A stretch of DNA of 64,000 bases from an uncultured Chloroflexia bacterium. Its GTDB lineage: Bacteria > Chloroflexota > Limnocylindria > Limnocylindrales > CSP1-4. Each line of letters begins with the position of its first letter. Position 1 is the stretch's first letter. Both the position numbers and the translations under genes were made by a program. Location of the stretch: assembly GCA_963707215.1 (NCBI GenBank), contig CAVPPB010000003.1, positions 288,001-352,000 of the forward strand. The letters run 5' to 3'. Shown one piece after another: positions 50,767 to 59,599 of this stretch. The notes under the pieces were generated by a model. The model did not search any database, was not told the DNA's origin, and was given only the letters and a program-made list of their open reading frames with translations.

Positions 50767-50802
50767 CCGTCCTGCCTACCGGTCGCCGGATCGGTCCTCG
50801 GG

Positions 50803-51171
50803 TCAGGCGAAGAAGTCGACGATCGCCGCCGTGTCGTCCGAGAAGGCCCAGCGCTCGACGATCCGGCCGTCCCGAAGATGGCAGATCTCGGCCGTGCGAT
50901 AGACCAGCGTGCGGCCTCCCCGGACCGCCGTGGCCTCGACGAGGGCGATGACGTGGTCATCGCTCGCCAGGACGTCGTGGACCTTCGTCGTGATCTCGAA
51001 GCCCGGGTCGGACATCATCGCGGCCATCGCCGCCTTGCCATGGATCGGCTCCGAGCCCCCGATGTAGTGCCAGACGACGTCGTCGGCGATGTACCGACCG
51101 ACAGCTTCGTTGTCGCCGGCATTCATGGCGTCGAGCACGGCCCGCATCACGTCGGCATTCCCCTGGGTCAT
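50803..51171 (-). CDS. SnoaL/NTF2-like protein
   Basis: ADDVVWH, HDVLASDDHV, HLRDGRIVERW. Confidence 0.88.
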   Translation of the reverse strand: MTQGNADVMRAVLDAMNAGDNEAVGRYIADDVVWHYIGGSEPIHGKAAMAAMMSDPGFEITTKVHDVLASDDHVIALVEATAVRGGRTLVYRTAEICHLRDGRIVERWAFSDDTAAIVDFFA

Positions 51172-51404
51172 GGCATGTGGTCCCTTCCGAAGGCATCCGC
51201 GGCCGCCGGGACGGACGACCGTCACGCGCCTTCTGGCTCAAGAGTAGGGCCCGGGCGCAAGGTCCCGAGACCGAGCGGCAGGCTCGACGGCACCGCCGGC
51301 TGCGTGACCGCGGCCGGGCGATCCGGCGCGATCGTGCCCCCGGACCCTTGTCGGTGCCGCCGATCGCCCGGCACGGTAGCCGGGCGCGCAGGAAGGAGGG
51401 GACG

Positions 51405-51725
51405 ATGGCCAGGTACCTGATCGTGGGGACGTACACCGCCGACGGTGCGCAAGGCGTCCTTGCCGAGGGCGGGACCCGTCGCCGTGCCGCGGCAGAGGCC
51501 GCGCTCGGGTCCGTCGGCGGCTCGCTCGAATCGTTCCACTTCGCCCTCGGTGTCGACGAGTGGTACGTGATCGCCGACCTGCCCGACAACGCCGCAGCGG
51601 CCGCGATCGCCCTCGTCGGGACCGCATCCGGGACGCTTCGCTCGAGGGCCATCGCGCTCATCACCGCCGAGGAGATGGACACCGTGGTAGGGCGCGCGCC
51701 TGACTTCCGTCCGCCCGGCGCCTGA
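51405..51725 (+). CDS. GYD domain protein
   Basis: YTADGAQG...GG..RR, GGSLESFHFALG, C-terminal FRPPG; GGAGG RBS. Confidence 0.88.
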   Translation: MARYLIVGTYTADGAQGVLAEGGTRRRAAAEAALGSVGGSLESFHFALGVDEWYVIADLPDNAAAAAIALVGTASGTLRSRAIALITAEEMDTVVGRAPDFRPPGA

Positions 51726-51869
51726 CTTCGGCCACCCGCAGCCCGCGCTCGGGGCGGGTCGATGCGATCTCGCATCCCCGGGGGAGGGTGCGGCCCACGG
51801 CAGGGCGACGGGGCCGTTTCAGGCCCTCGGCCTCTAGACTCGTACGTTCCCTGGCCGGCATCCTGACCG

Positions 51870-51959
51870 ACGTGCGCGGGGGGCTTCGACGCACGGTCCG
51901 AGTCCACGGCCGCCGAACCGGACCGCTGCCGAGCCACTGGCGAGACCGACCTGCGACGT
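51870..51959 (+). ncRNA. Cyclic di-GMP-II-type riboswitch (possible variant)
   Basis: P1 CGCGGG/CCUGCG, P2 GGC/GCC, stem CGGUCCG/CGGACCG, pseudoknot CGG-CGCCG with UGGCG-AGA-CCG, 3' signature GAGCCACUGGCGAGACCGACC. Lies between a TAGACT -10 (51835-51840) and the GGAGG RBS of the SRPBCC gene. Confidence 0.8.
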
Positions 51960-51975
51960 AGACCCGGAGGCTGCG

Positions 51976-52434
51976 ATGGGTCAGGTCAGGATGCACGCCC
52001 ATGTCGAGGCGCCGATCGAGCGTGTCTTCGACTACGCGGTCGACAAGGATCGCTGGGCCGAGTGGAACGTCTCGACGGTCGATGTCGAGGCCGGGGCCCC
52101 GTTGGCCGCAGTCGGCGAGCGGTTCGCCGGCAGGAACAAGTTCCTCGGGCGGGTCGAACCGTTCGAAGGAGAGGTGACGGCCTTCGAACGCCCCCGGTCG
52201 TTCGCCTTCATCACGAGCCCGAAGTCGGGAGGCCACGAGAACTGGACGGCGAGCTTCGAGCCAGCGGGGACGGGGACCGACATCGACTGCACGATCGACT
52301 ATGAGATCGGGATGGGTCTCATCGGCGCCGCCGCCGACGAGCTCTTCATCGAGCGCCAGGTCCAGCGCATGCTCGATCAATCACGGGACAACTTCGTCAC
52401 CCTCGTGGAGCACGAGGCGCTCGTCCCCGCCTGA
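51976..52434 (+). CDS. SRPBCC/polyketide cyclase-dehydrase family protein
   Basis: APIERVFDY...WAEW, EVTAFERPR, GTDIDCTIDY. Confidence 0.88.
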   Translation: MGQVRMHAHVEAPIERVFDYAVDKDRWAEWNVSTVDVEAGAPLAAVGERFAGRNKFLGRVEPFEGEVTAFERPRSFAFITSPKSGGHENWTASFEPAGTGTDIDCTIDYEIGMGLIGAAADELFIERQVQRMLDQSRDNFVTLVEHEALVPA

Positions 52435-52586
52435 GTGAGGGCGTCGCCCGCCGGACCACGCTCGCGGCCCTACTTCGACCACGGGCCCGACTGACGCGAC
52501 CGCCGCGCAGGCCCGCGGCGTCGGTCGCCGCCGCACCATCGAACCGCCGCAGCGTTGGGATGAAGCGCCCGTATGCTTGTCGGGCG

Positions 52587-53195
52587 ATGGAGATCCGCCC
52601 CCTTTTGCCAGGACTCTGGCCCGCCTTCGAGGCCTGGTTCGCGAGCCGGGATACGTCGAGCGACGCTCGGGGATGCTGGTGCATGTGGTGGCGACGGCGA
52701 GGGCTCGACTTCTCGAACACGACGGCCGCACGGAACCGGGAGGGGATGCGCGAGCTGACGGACCGCGCTGCCGCGGAAGGCACCCCGGCCCCGGGCCTCG
52801 TCGCCCTCGACGACGACGGGCAACCGATCGGCTGGATCTCCGTCGGGCCGCGCGCCGACTTCGAGCGTCTCGAACGGTCGCGGACCATCCCCCGCCTCGA
52901 CGACCGGCCGGTCTGGTCGGTCGTCTGCTTCGTCGTCGGTCGGAGCGTGCGTGGGCAGGGAGTGGCCAGGGCTCTGCTCGACGGGGCGATCGAGTACGCC
53001 CGGGCGAGCGGCGCGACAGCCCTGGAGGCCTATCCCGCCGACCCGGGGGAAGGGCGCCTGCCAGTGGCCGCCGCCTACACCGGAGTGCTCACGACGTTCG
53101 AAGCAGCGGGGTTCCAGAGGGTGGCCGCGACGACCAGCCACACCGGCGGTGCACCCCGGGTCGTCGTCCGGCTCGAGCTCGGGGCGGTCCGCTGA
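52587..53195 (+). CDS. GNAT family N-acetyltransferase (paralog of 43227-43841)
   Basis: GCWCMWW, PIGWI, WSVVCFVV, RGQGVARALL, EAYP. Confidence 0.88.
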   Translation: MEIRPLLPGLWPAFEAWFASRDTSSDARGCWCMWWRRRGLDFSNTTAARNREGMRELTDRAAAEGTPAPGLVALDDDGQPIGWISVGPRADFERLERSRTIPRLDDRPVWSVVCFVVGRSVRGQGVARALLDGAIEYARASGATALEAYPADPGEGRLPVAAAYTGVLTTFEAAGFQRVAATTSHTGGAPRVVVRLELGAVR

Positions 53196-53224
53196 CGGCA
53201 CGGGGCGGCCATGATCAGCGGCCG

Positions 53225-53785
53225 ATGGCGACGACCGGGTGGTCCGGCGGCCGGACGGGTCGGCGCACCGCCATCGTCGTTGCGGTCGGCCTGATCGCGG
53301 TCGTCCTCGGGGCCACCGGATGCGGCGCACCCGACCAGCCGGGTCCGACGGGGATCCGGGGCTGGCCGATCGAGACGATCCGGGTCGGCGACCGGACGCT
53401 GACCGTCACCCGGGCGCTCGACACGTCCGCCGGCCTGTCCGGCATCGACTCGCTCGGCGGCCTCGACGGCATGCTCTTCGCGTACCCCCAGGAGCAGAGC
53501 CCGACCTCGCGACGGTTCCACATGACGGACGTCCGGTTCCCGCTCGACGCCCTCTTCTTCGACGCCGGAGGGGTGCTCATCGAGTCGGTCCGGATGGAGC
53601 CATGCCCAGCGGAGCCATGCCCGCGCTATGCTCCGGCGCGGCCGTATCGCTGGGTCGTCGAGGTCCCTGCGGGCTCCCTGCGACCCATCCCGGGCGCGGT
53701 CCTCCGGATGGCTCCGGCCGACGACAGCCGGTCCGATCCCCTACCCGGAGGTTCGGGCTTGACGGGGTGGACCGACCGCGCCTAG
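53225..53785 (+). CDS. DUF192 domain lipoprotein
   Basis: ATGC lipobox, GL...DGMLF, FHMTDVRFPLDALF, MEPC...CPRY, VVEVPAG. Confidence 0.85.
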   Translation: MATTGWSGGRTGRRTAIVVAVGLIAVVLGATGCGAPDQPGPTGIRGWPIETIRVGDRTLTVTRALDTSAGLSGIDSLGGLDGMLFAYPQEQSPTSRRFHMTDVRFPLDALFFDAGGVLIESVRMEPCPAEPCPRYAPARPYRWVVEVPAGSLRPIPGAVLRMAPADDSRSDPLPGGSGLTGWTDRA

Positions 53786-53842
53786 ACTCCGCGACCGGTG
53801 CGGACCCCGCACCATGTCCAGCTCAGAGGAGGCCATCTCCGA

Positions 53843-53929
53843 ATGAGGAACCTCAGCACCTTCGGCGTGATGCCGGCCGCCATCGGCGCGGCTCGGTTCC
53901 GCGGGAGATCTGTGCCCACCTCGAGCTAG
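53843..53929 (+). CDS. Putative 28-aa attenuator leader peptide MRNLSTFGVMPAAIGAARFRGRSVPTSS
   Basis: GAGGAGG RBS upstream; its 3' end is complementary to the 5' arm of the downstream terminator; below the ORF-track length cutoff. Confidence 0.7.
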   Translation: MRNLSTFGVMPAAIGAARFRGRSVPTSS

Positions 53930-53963
53930 GACCAGGCGGTAGGACCGCCCCCCAGCAGACCAC

Positions 53964-54000
53964 GAGCCGTGGGCACGATCGGGCCCACGGCTTCTTGTAT
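53964..54000 (+). terminator. Intrinsic terminator of the attenuator upstream of the ABC exporter operon
   Basis: GAGCCGTGGGC-ACGATCGG-GCCCACGGCTT followed by CTTGTAT. Confidence 0.72.
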
Positions 54001-54136
54001 GCCCGCGAACGCGGGCGCACGAGCCGCCGGCCCATCCGCGAGACGTCGCATCGGGCCCGCGGCTCGTCCGTTCCAACGGACCCCGCGGCTCCGGTGCCAG
54101 GCCTTCAGGCAGCAACCGACACCAGGAGCCACCACC

Positions 54137-55085
54137 GTGACCACCACCCTCAGCCCGGAACAGAAGATCCCGACGGCTCTCCGTCCCGCGGTCGAGGGCG
54201 TCCTCGACCCGGCGGCCCCACCGGCCGGAGGCCCCGAGCCCTCGGGCGCGGCCATCCCGGCAGCGCTCGCCGACGGCGCCCGGACCGCCCTCGTCGTCGA
54301 GGACGTCACGAAGCGCTTCGTCGTCGGTCGCCGGAAGGAGCCCGTCCTCGCCGTGGACCACGTCTCGCTCCGCCTGGAGCGGGGCAGCATCCTGGGCGAT
54401 CCTGGGCGCCAACGGATCCGGCAAGTCGACGCTCATCCGGCTGGTCTCCGGCCTGCTCACCCTCGACGAGGGTCGGGTCACCGTCTTCGGCCACGACATC
54501 GAGCGCGACGAGATGGCCGTCAAGCGGCTCATCAACCGGGTCTCCGTGGACGCCGCCTTCTTCAAGAAGCTCAGCCCGCTGGAGAACCTCAGCTTCGCCG
54601 CGCGGCTGTACGGGCTCGACGCCCGGACGGCCCGAGCCGAGGCGATCGCGATCCTGGCTCGGCTGGGCATCTCGGAGAAGCGGATCGGCCGACCCATCGA
54701 GCAGATGAGCCGGGGGATGCAGCAGAAGGTCGCCATCGCGCGAGCCCTGCTGACGAGCCCCTCGCTCCTCCTCCTCGACGAGCCCACGACCGGGCTCGAC
54801 CCGCGGAGCAAGCTCGACGTCCAGGCGTTCGTGGAGGATGTCCGTTCGACGCACGACGCGGCGATCGTCCTCACGACCCACGACCTGGCCGAGGCCGAAC
54901 GGCTGTCCGACCGGATCGTCGTCCTCGACGCCGGCCGGGTCGTCGCCGAGGGCACGCCGGACGAGCTCAAACGGCTGGTGGCCGAACGCCACGGCCAGCC
55001 GCCAACGATGGACGCCGTCTTCCTGACCCTGACGGGTCGCTCGCTCGACGAGGACGTCGACGAGGAGGGCAGCGATGACGAATGA
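54137..55085 (+). CDS. ABC-2/DrrA-type exporter ATP-binding protein, +1 frameshift at ~54398
   Basis: AGGAG RBS with GTG start; AVDHVSL; Walker A GANGSGKST after removing one G; MSRGMQQK, LLLDEPTTGLD, TTHD. Confidence 0.88.
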
Positions 55086-55121
55086 CGACACCAGCGAACA
55101 CCGATGAAGGGAGGTGACCCG

Positions 55122-55325
55122 ATGCACGCCGCCATCCACCAGCGCCTGTGGCTCGCCCGGGCGCACCGAGAGCACGACCTGGCCCAGGCCGCTCGCGCCC
55201 GGCTCCTGCGCCCTCACCGCGCAGGTCCCGACCGACCGGTCCGTGCTCGGGTCGGTCGCTCGATCATCCGCCTCGGGGAGCGGCTCGCCGCAGAGCCGCA
55301 CCTCGAGCCGGCCCGGCCCCGCTGA
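55122..55325 (+). CDS. Small basic hypothetical protein (67 aa)
   Basis: GGAGGTG RBS; ...AQAARARLL...RARVGRSIIRLGERL. Confidence 0.65.
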   Translation: MHAAIHQRLWLARAHREHDLAQAARARLLRPHRAGPDRPVRARVGRSIIRLGERLAAEPHLEPARPR

Positions 55326-55363
55326 GGGGCCGGGCCGGCACAACCACTCGAAGGGACACTCCG

Positions 55364-56173
55364 TTGACCGCACTCGCACCGCTCGCGCACGAGGTCAGGG
55401 CCTCGTACGCGTTCATCGAGCGCAACGCCTTCCTGACCCGACGCTACTGGGGCTGGGAGATCGCGTTCCTCGTCTACTCCGTCGCCGGAGCCCTGTCGAT
55501 CGCCCTCATCGGCGCCGACCAGGGCGATCAGCGGCTGCTCCTCGTCCTGATGATCGGGGCGATCATGTGGAACTACCTCTCGGTGGTCTTCAGCTGGATC
55601 GCCGAGACCATCGCCGTCGAACGCTGGGAGGGCACGCTCGAGTACACGATGATGGCGCCGGTCCGGCGCTCGACCCAGCTGCTGGGCTCCTGTCTGTACG
55701 CCATCGCCTACGGCCTGGTCCACACGGCGGCGATCCTCGTCGTTCTCGTGCTCTTCTTCGGCCTCGACCTGACCGGGGCCCACCTGCCGACGGTGGCGCT
55801 CTTCATCGGCCTGGGCTCGTTCAGCTTCGTCGGCATCGGGATGCTGGCCGCGATCCTGCCTCTGCTCTACGTGGAGCGAGGTGCCCAGATGACCTTCGTG
55901 CTCCAGTCCTGCCTGCTCCTCGTCTCGGGCGTCTACTACTCGGTCGAGGTGCTCCCGGAGTGGATGCAGGTCCTCTCGAAGCTGTCGCCGGCCACCTACG
56001 TCCTCGACGGCGTCCGCCGGGCGCTCATCGACGGCGTGCCGGCGACCGAGCTGGTCGGCGACATCGTGCCGCTGATCATCGCCGGCTTCGTCCTCATCCC
56101 CGTCGGCCTGTGGGCCTTCGGGCGCGCCGAGCGGTTCGCCAAGCGGACCGGACGGCTCAAGCGGGTGGGCTGA
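55364..56173 (+). CDS. ABC-2 type exporter permease
   Basis: ERWEGTLEYTMMAP, SGVYYSVEVLPEWMQ, SPATYVLDGVR; 6 TM helices; TTG start. Confidence 0.88.
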   Translation: MTALAPLAHEVRASYAFIERNAFLTRRYWGWEIAFLVYSVAGALSIALIGADQGDQRLLLVLMIGAIMWNYLSVVFSWIAETIAVERWEGTLEYTMMAPVRRSTQLLGSCLYAIAYGLVHTAAILVVLVLFFGLDLTGAHLPTVALFIGLGSFSFVGIGMLAAILPLLYVERGAQMTFVLQSCLLLVSGVYYSVEVLPEWMQVLSKLSPATYVLDGVRRALIDGVPATELVGDIVPLIIAGFVLIPVGLWAFGRAERFAKRTGRLKRVG

Positions 56174-56176
56174 GCG

Positions 56177-57216
56177 ATGACCGACACCATCGCGGCGCCG
56201 GAGGCCCCGGCCATCCCGGGCCTCCGGTTCCGCCCATACCGAGGGCTCGAGGACATCCCGGGCATGGCGGCCGTCGCCGGCGCCGTCAACCGGGCCGCGG
56301 GCTCGGCGGACATCACATCCGTCGACTCGATGGCCGCCCAGTACCGTAATCTCGAGAACTGCGACCCCGGCCTCGATATCACCGTGGTGGAGCGGGACGG
56401 GGCCACGGTGGCCTACCAGCGGACCATGTGGGCCGACCGCGCCGAGGGCACCCGCGGTTTCGTGGCCGTCGCCTTCGTCGACCCGGATCACGCCGGTCGG
56501 GGGATCGAGGACGCCCTGCTGGCCATCGGCATCCGCCGCCAGGTCGCGCTGGCGGCCGAACTCGCTGAGCGGCTGCCGGCGCGACCGGCGATCCTCGTCC
56601 GCTTCGCCCGGAGGGCCGCGCCCGCCGACGTCACCCGCCTCGAGGGAGCCGGCTTCCGGCTCGCGCGCCGCTACGCCGAGCTGGCTCGGCCTGACTTCGA
56701 GGGCATCCCCGAGATCGCTCCGCCGACCGGCATCGAGCTGCGGCGCATCGATCCGACCGACGAGGCCGTCATCCGGCAGGGCTGGGACGTCTCGACGGAG
56801 GTCTTCGCCGACAGCTGGGGCGAGAACCCAGCCAGCGAGGCCGAGTGGCGCAAGTTCCGCGAGTCGCCCGAGTGCCAGCCGGCGCTCTGGTGCGTCGCCT
56901 TCGACGCGAGCGACCGGCGAGGTCGCCGGCCAGATCCTCAACTACCTCGGTCCGGCCGAGCCCGACGGCTCGATCGTCGGCTGGACCGAGTCCATCGGCG
57001 TCCGGGCGCCGTACCGGCGCCGCGGGATCGGCCAGCGCCATGCTGGCCGAGAGCCTCCGGATCGTCCGCGACGCCGGCGCGACGCGGGCGGCGCTCGGCG
57101 TCGACCAGCAGAACCCCAACGAGGCCCAGACGCTGTACGAGCGGCTCGGCTTCCGGGTCACCGTCGAGGAACTCGAGTACCACCGGCCGCTGGAGCTCGG
57201 CGAGGTGGGGCGATGA
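56177..57216 (+). CDS. Tandem GNAT acetyltransferase (MshD-like architecture), frameshifts at ~56912 and ~57030
   Basis: N-terminal VDPDHAGRGI; C-terminal motifs in other frames: GWTESIGVRAPYRRRGI, LGVDQQNPNEAQTLYERLGF. Confidence 0.8.
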
Positions 57217-58331
57217 GCAGTCACGACGCTCGCTTCCCTCTCGACGCCCTCGGCTGGGGCGGCCCCTTCGAGGCCTTCTACGCCGAGCACGACGGCCCCG
57301 GCATGGAACCCGGGCGGGTCGTCGCGACCCACCGGGAGACCTCCATCGTCCGGCTGGCGTCCGGCGACGTAGCGGCCCACGTCTCGGGGCGCTTCCGTCG
57401 CGACGCACTGGGGCCGGGCGACTACCCGGCCGTCGGCGACTGGGTCGCCATCGAGGCTCGGCCGGCCGAGCGGAGCGGCACGATCCAGGCGGTCCTGCCC
57501 CGGCGCAGCGCGATCGCCCGCACCGCCGGGGACTCGAACCGGCGCGGTGGCGGGCGCCTCTCGGACGAGCAGGTCCTGGCCGCCAACGTCGACCTGGCCC
57601 TCCTCGTCGCGGCCATCGACCGGGAGCCCAACCTGAGTCGCCTCGAGCGGTACCTGGCCCTTGCCTGGGGTGCCGGGGCCACGCCGGTCATCGTGCTCAA
57701 CAAGGCCGACGCCAGCCCGGACGTCGGGGCGGCGATCGCCGCCGTCGAAGCGATCGCCATCGGCGTGGACGTCCGCCCGGTCAGCGCCGTCACCGGGAGC
57801 GGGGTCGAGGACCTCCGGACGGGTCACCTGCCACCGGGTCGGACCGCGGTCGTCCTGGGGCCGTCCGGCGTCGGCAAGTCGACGCTGACCAACGCACTCC
57901 TCGGAGAAGAGCACTTCGCGGTCTCGGCCGTTCGCGCCTCCGACAGCCGCGGCCGCCACACCACGACCCACCGCGAGCTGGTCCCGCTGCCGGGCGGCGC
58001 CATGCTGATCGACACGCCGGGCATCCGGTCGCTCGAGCTTCTCGGCGACGGCGGCGTGGCCGCGACCTACGGCGAGATCGAGGCGATCGCCGAAGCCTGC
58101 CGGTTCGCCGACTGCTCGCACGAGTCGGAGCCTGGCTGCGCCGTCCGGGCCGCTCTGGCCGACGGTCGAATCGACGCCCGTCGCTGGACCGGCTACGAGA
58201 AGCTCCGGCGAGAGGCCGCCCACGTCGCGCGACAGTCCGACCGGTCCCTGCGGGAGGCCGAGCGGCGACGCTGGAAGATGATCAGCAAGTCCGTCGGCGA
58301 TCACATGAAGCGCAAGTACGGGAAGGGCTGA
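57213..58331 (+). CDS. rsgA: Ribosome small subunit-dependent GTPase A
   Basis: PAVGDWV, QVLAANVD, LNKAD, GPSGVGKST, GRHTTT, IDTPGIR, CRFADCSHESEPGC zinc finger. Confidence 0.95.
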   Translation: MSSHDARFPLDALGWGGPFEAFYAEHDGPGMEPGRVVATHRETSIVRLASGDVAAHVSGRFRRDALGPGDYPAVGDWVAIEARPAERSGTIQAVLPRRSAIARTAGDSNRRGGGRLSDEQVLAANVDLALLVAAIDREPNLSRLERYLALAWGAGATPVIVLNKADASPDVGAAIAAVEAIAIGVDVRPVSAVTGSGVEDLRTGHLPPGRTAVVLGPSGVGKSTLTNALLGEEHFAVSAVRASDSRGRHTTTHRELVPLPGGAMLIDTPGIRSLELLGDGGVAATYGEIEAIAEACRFADCSHESEPGCAVRAALADGRIDARRWTGYEKLRREAAHVARQSDRSLREAERRRWKMISKSVGDHMKRKYGKG

Positions 58332-58333
58332 GG

Positions 58334-59389
58334 ATGACGACCGCTGCCGATCCGCCGACGCCGCTCCGGGCGTCCGGCTCCCGCGTCGTGATCCCCGACG
58401 GGCCCCGGGCGACCGGGCTGACCTTCCGCCGCTGGCGCGACGCGTCCGACCTCGACGGCTGGGTCGCGCTCGTCAACGCGTCGTGGGCTGCCGACGGCCT
58501 GCCATTCCGGACCGGGCCGGAGCAGGAGGGCATCGAGCTCCGGCGCACGCCCGGGTTCGACCTCGAGCGTGACGTCGTCCTGGCAGAGCTCGACGGTCGG
58601 CTCGTCGGCTTCGCCCGGACCGGCGCGGAGACCGCCAGCGAGGGCGTCCGGCGCCACTGGCTCTCGGTCATGGTGGCCCCGGACGGCCGGATCCCGGGAG
58701 TCCGAGAGGCGCTCCTCGACTGGGCCGAGCACCGTCACCGCGAGCGAGCGGCGTCGGAGACGAGCGAGGGACCGGCACCCGCTGATCGGGTCCTCGAATC
58801 CTGGGCGAACGAGCAGGAGCAGGACTGGCTGGCCCTCCTCGGGGCGCGCGGCTACCGGCCGGTCCGCTGGTTCACCGAGATGGTCCGCGACACGCTCGAC
58901 GACCTGCCCGACCGTCCGCTGCCGGCCGGGCTCAAGGTGCGCCCCGTCCTGCCCGACGATATCCGGGCGATCCTCACTGCCAAGGACGAGGCATTCCAGG
59001 ACCACTGGAGCCACGTCCCGATGACCGAGGAGGACGTGCTCGCCGTCGTGGAGCATCCGCACACGGATCCGTCGCTCTGGGCGGTGGCCTGGGACGGCGA
59101 CGACGTCGCGGGCCTCGTCATCGGCCACGAGCTCCACGACGACAACGCCGCCTTCGGCTGGCGCCGGGGCTGGCTCGCCAGCGTCGCGACGCGCCGGCGC
59201 TGGCGCAACCGCGGCCTCGCGTCGGCGCTCTGCGTCCAGGCGATGCGGCAGCTGCGCGACCACGGCCTGACCTCCGCCGCGCTCGGCGTCGACACGGAGA
59301 ATCAGTCCGGCGCGCTCGGGCTGTACGAGCGGCTCGGGTTCCGACTCGATGTCCGGGCCGTGGTGATACGGCGACCGCTCGAGCCATAG
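58334..59389 (+). CDS. Tandem GNAT acetyltransferase (MshD-like architecture)
   Basis: C-terminal part of the 1070-aa ORF; EAFQDHW, RRRWRNRGLASAL, LGVDTENQSGALGLYERLGF. Confidence 0.88.
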   Translation: MTTAADPPTPLRASGSRVVIPDGPRATGLTFRRWRDASDLDGWVALVNASWAADGLPFRTGPEQEGIELRRTPGFDLERDVVLAELDGRLVGFARTGAETASEGVRRHWLSVMVAPDGRIPGVREALLDWAEHRHRERAASETSEGPAPADRVLESWANEQEQDWLALLGARGYRPVRWFTEMVRDTLDDLPDRPLPAGLKVRPVLPDDIRAILTAKDEAFQDHWSHVPMTEEDVLAVVEHPHTDPSLWAVAWDGDDVAGLVIGHELHDDNAAFGWRRGWLASVATRRRWRNRGLASALCVQAMRQLRDHGLTSAALGVDTENQSGALGLYERLGFRLDVRAVVIRRPLEP

Positions 59390-59599
59390 CGGACCCCGGG
59401 GTCCGGCGGCGGAGTCGCCGCCCTCGGCTATGGCACCGTCAGCGGGTTCCAGGGTGACGTAGCTGCCACCCAGCTGCCCGGCCATGACGCGAGGGGTGCC
59501 GTCTGCAGAATCGTGGACCACGAGCGAGGCCTGCTGCTCGGTGTCGCGCAACATCGCGTACGTGGCCCGGTAGACACCGTCGGCGTGTTCGTCGCCGGC

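Noticed and set aside
56177-59389. 1070-aa ORF spanning GNAT-rsgA-GNAT
   Set aside because: Produced by the frameshift at ~56912. The middle is an off-frame reading of rsgA, and GNAT2 has its own start at 58334.
59431-59500. GGCACC...GGTGCCA element resembling a tRNA-like or 6S-like RNA
   Set aside because: No T-loop (TTCG), D-loop or anticodon arm, and no long rod with a central bubble.
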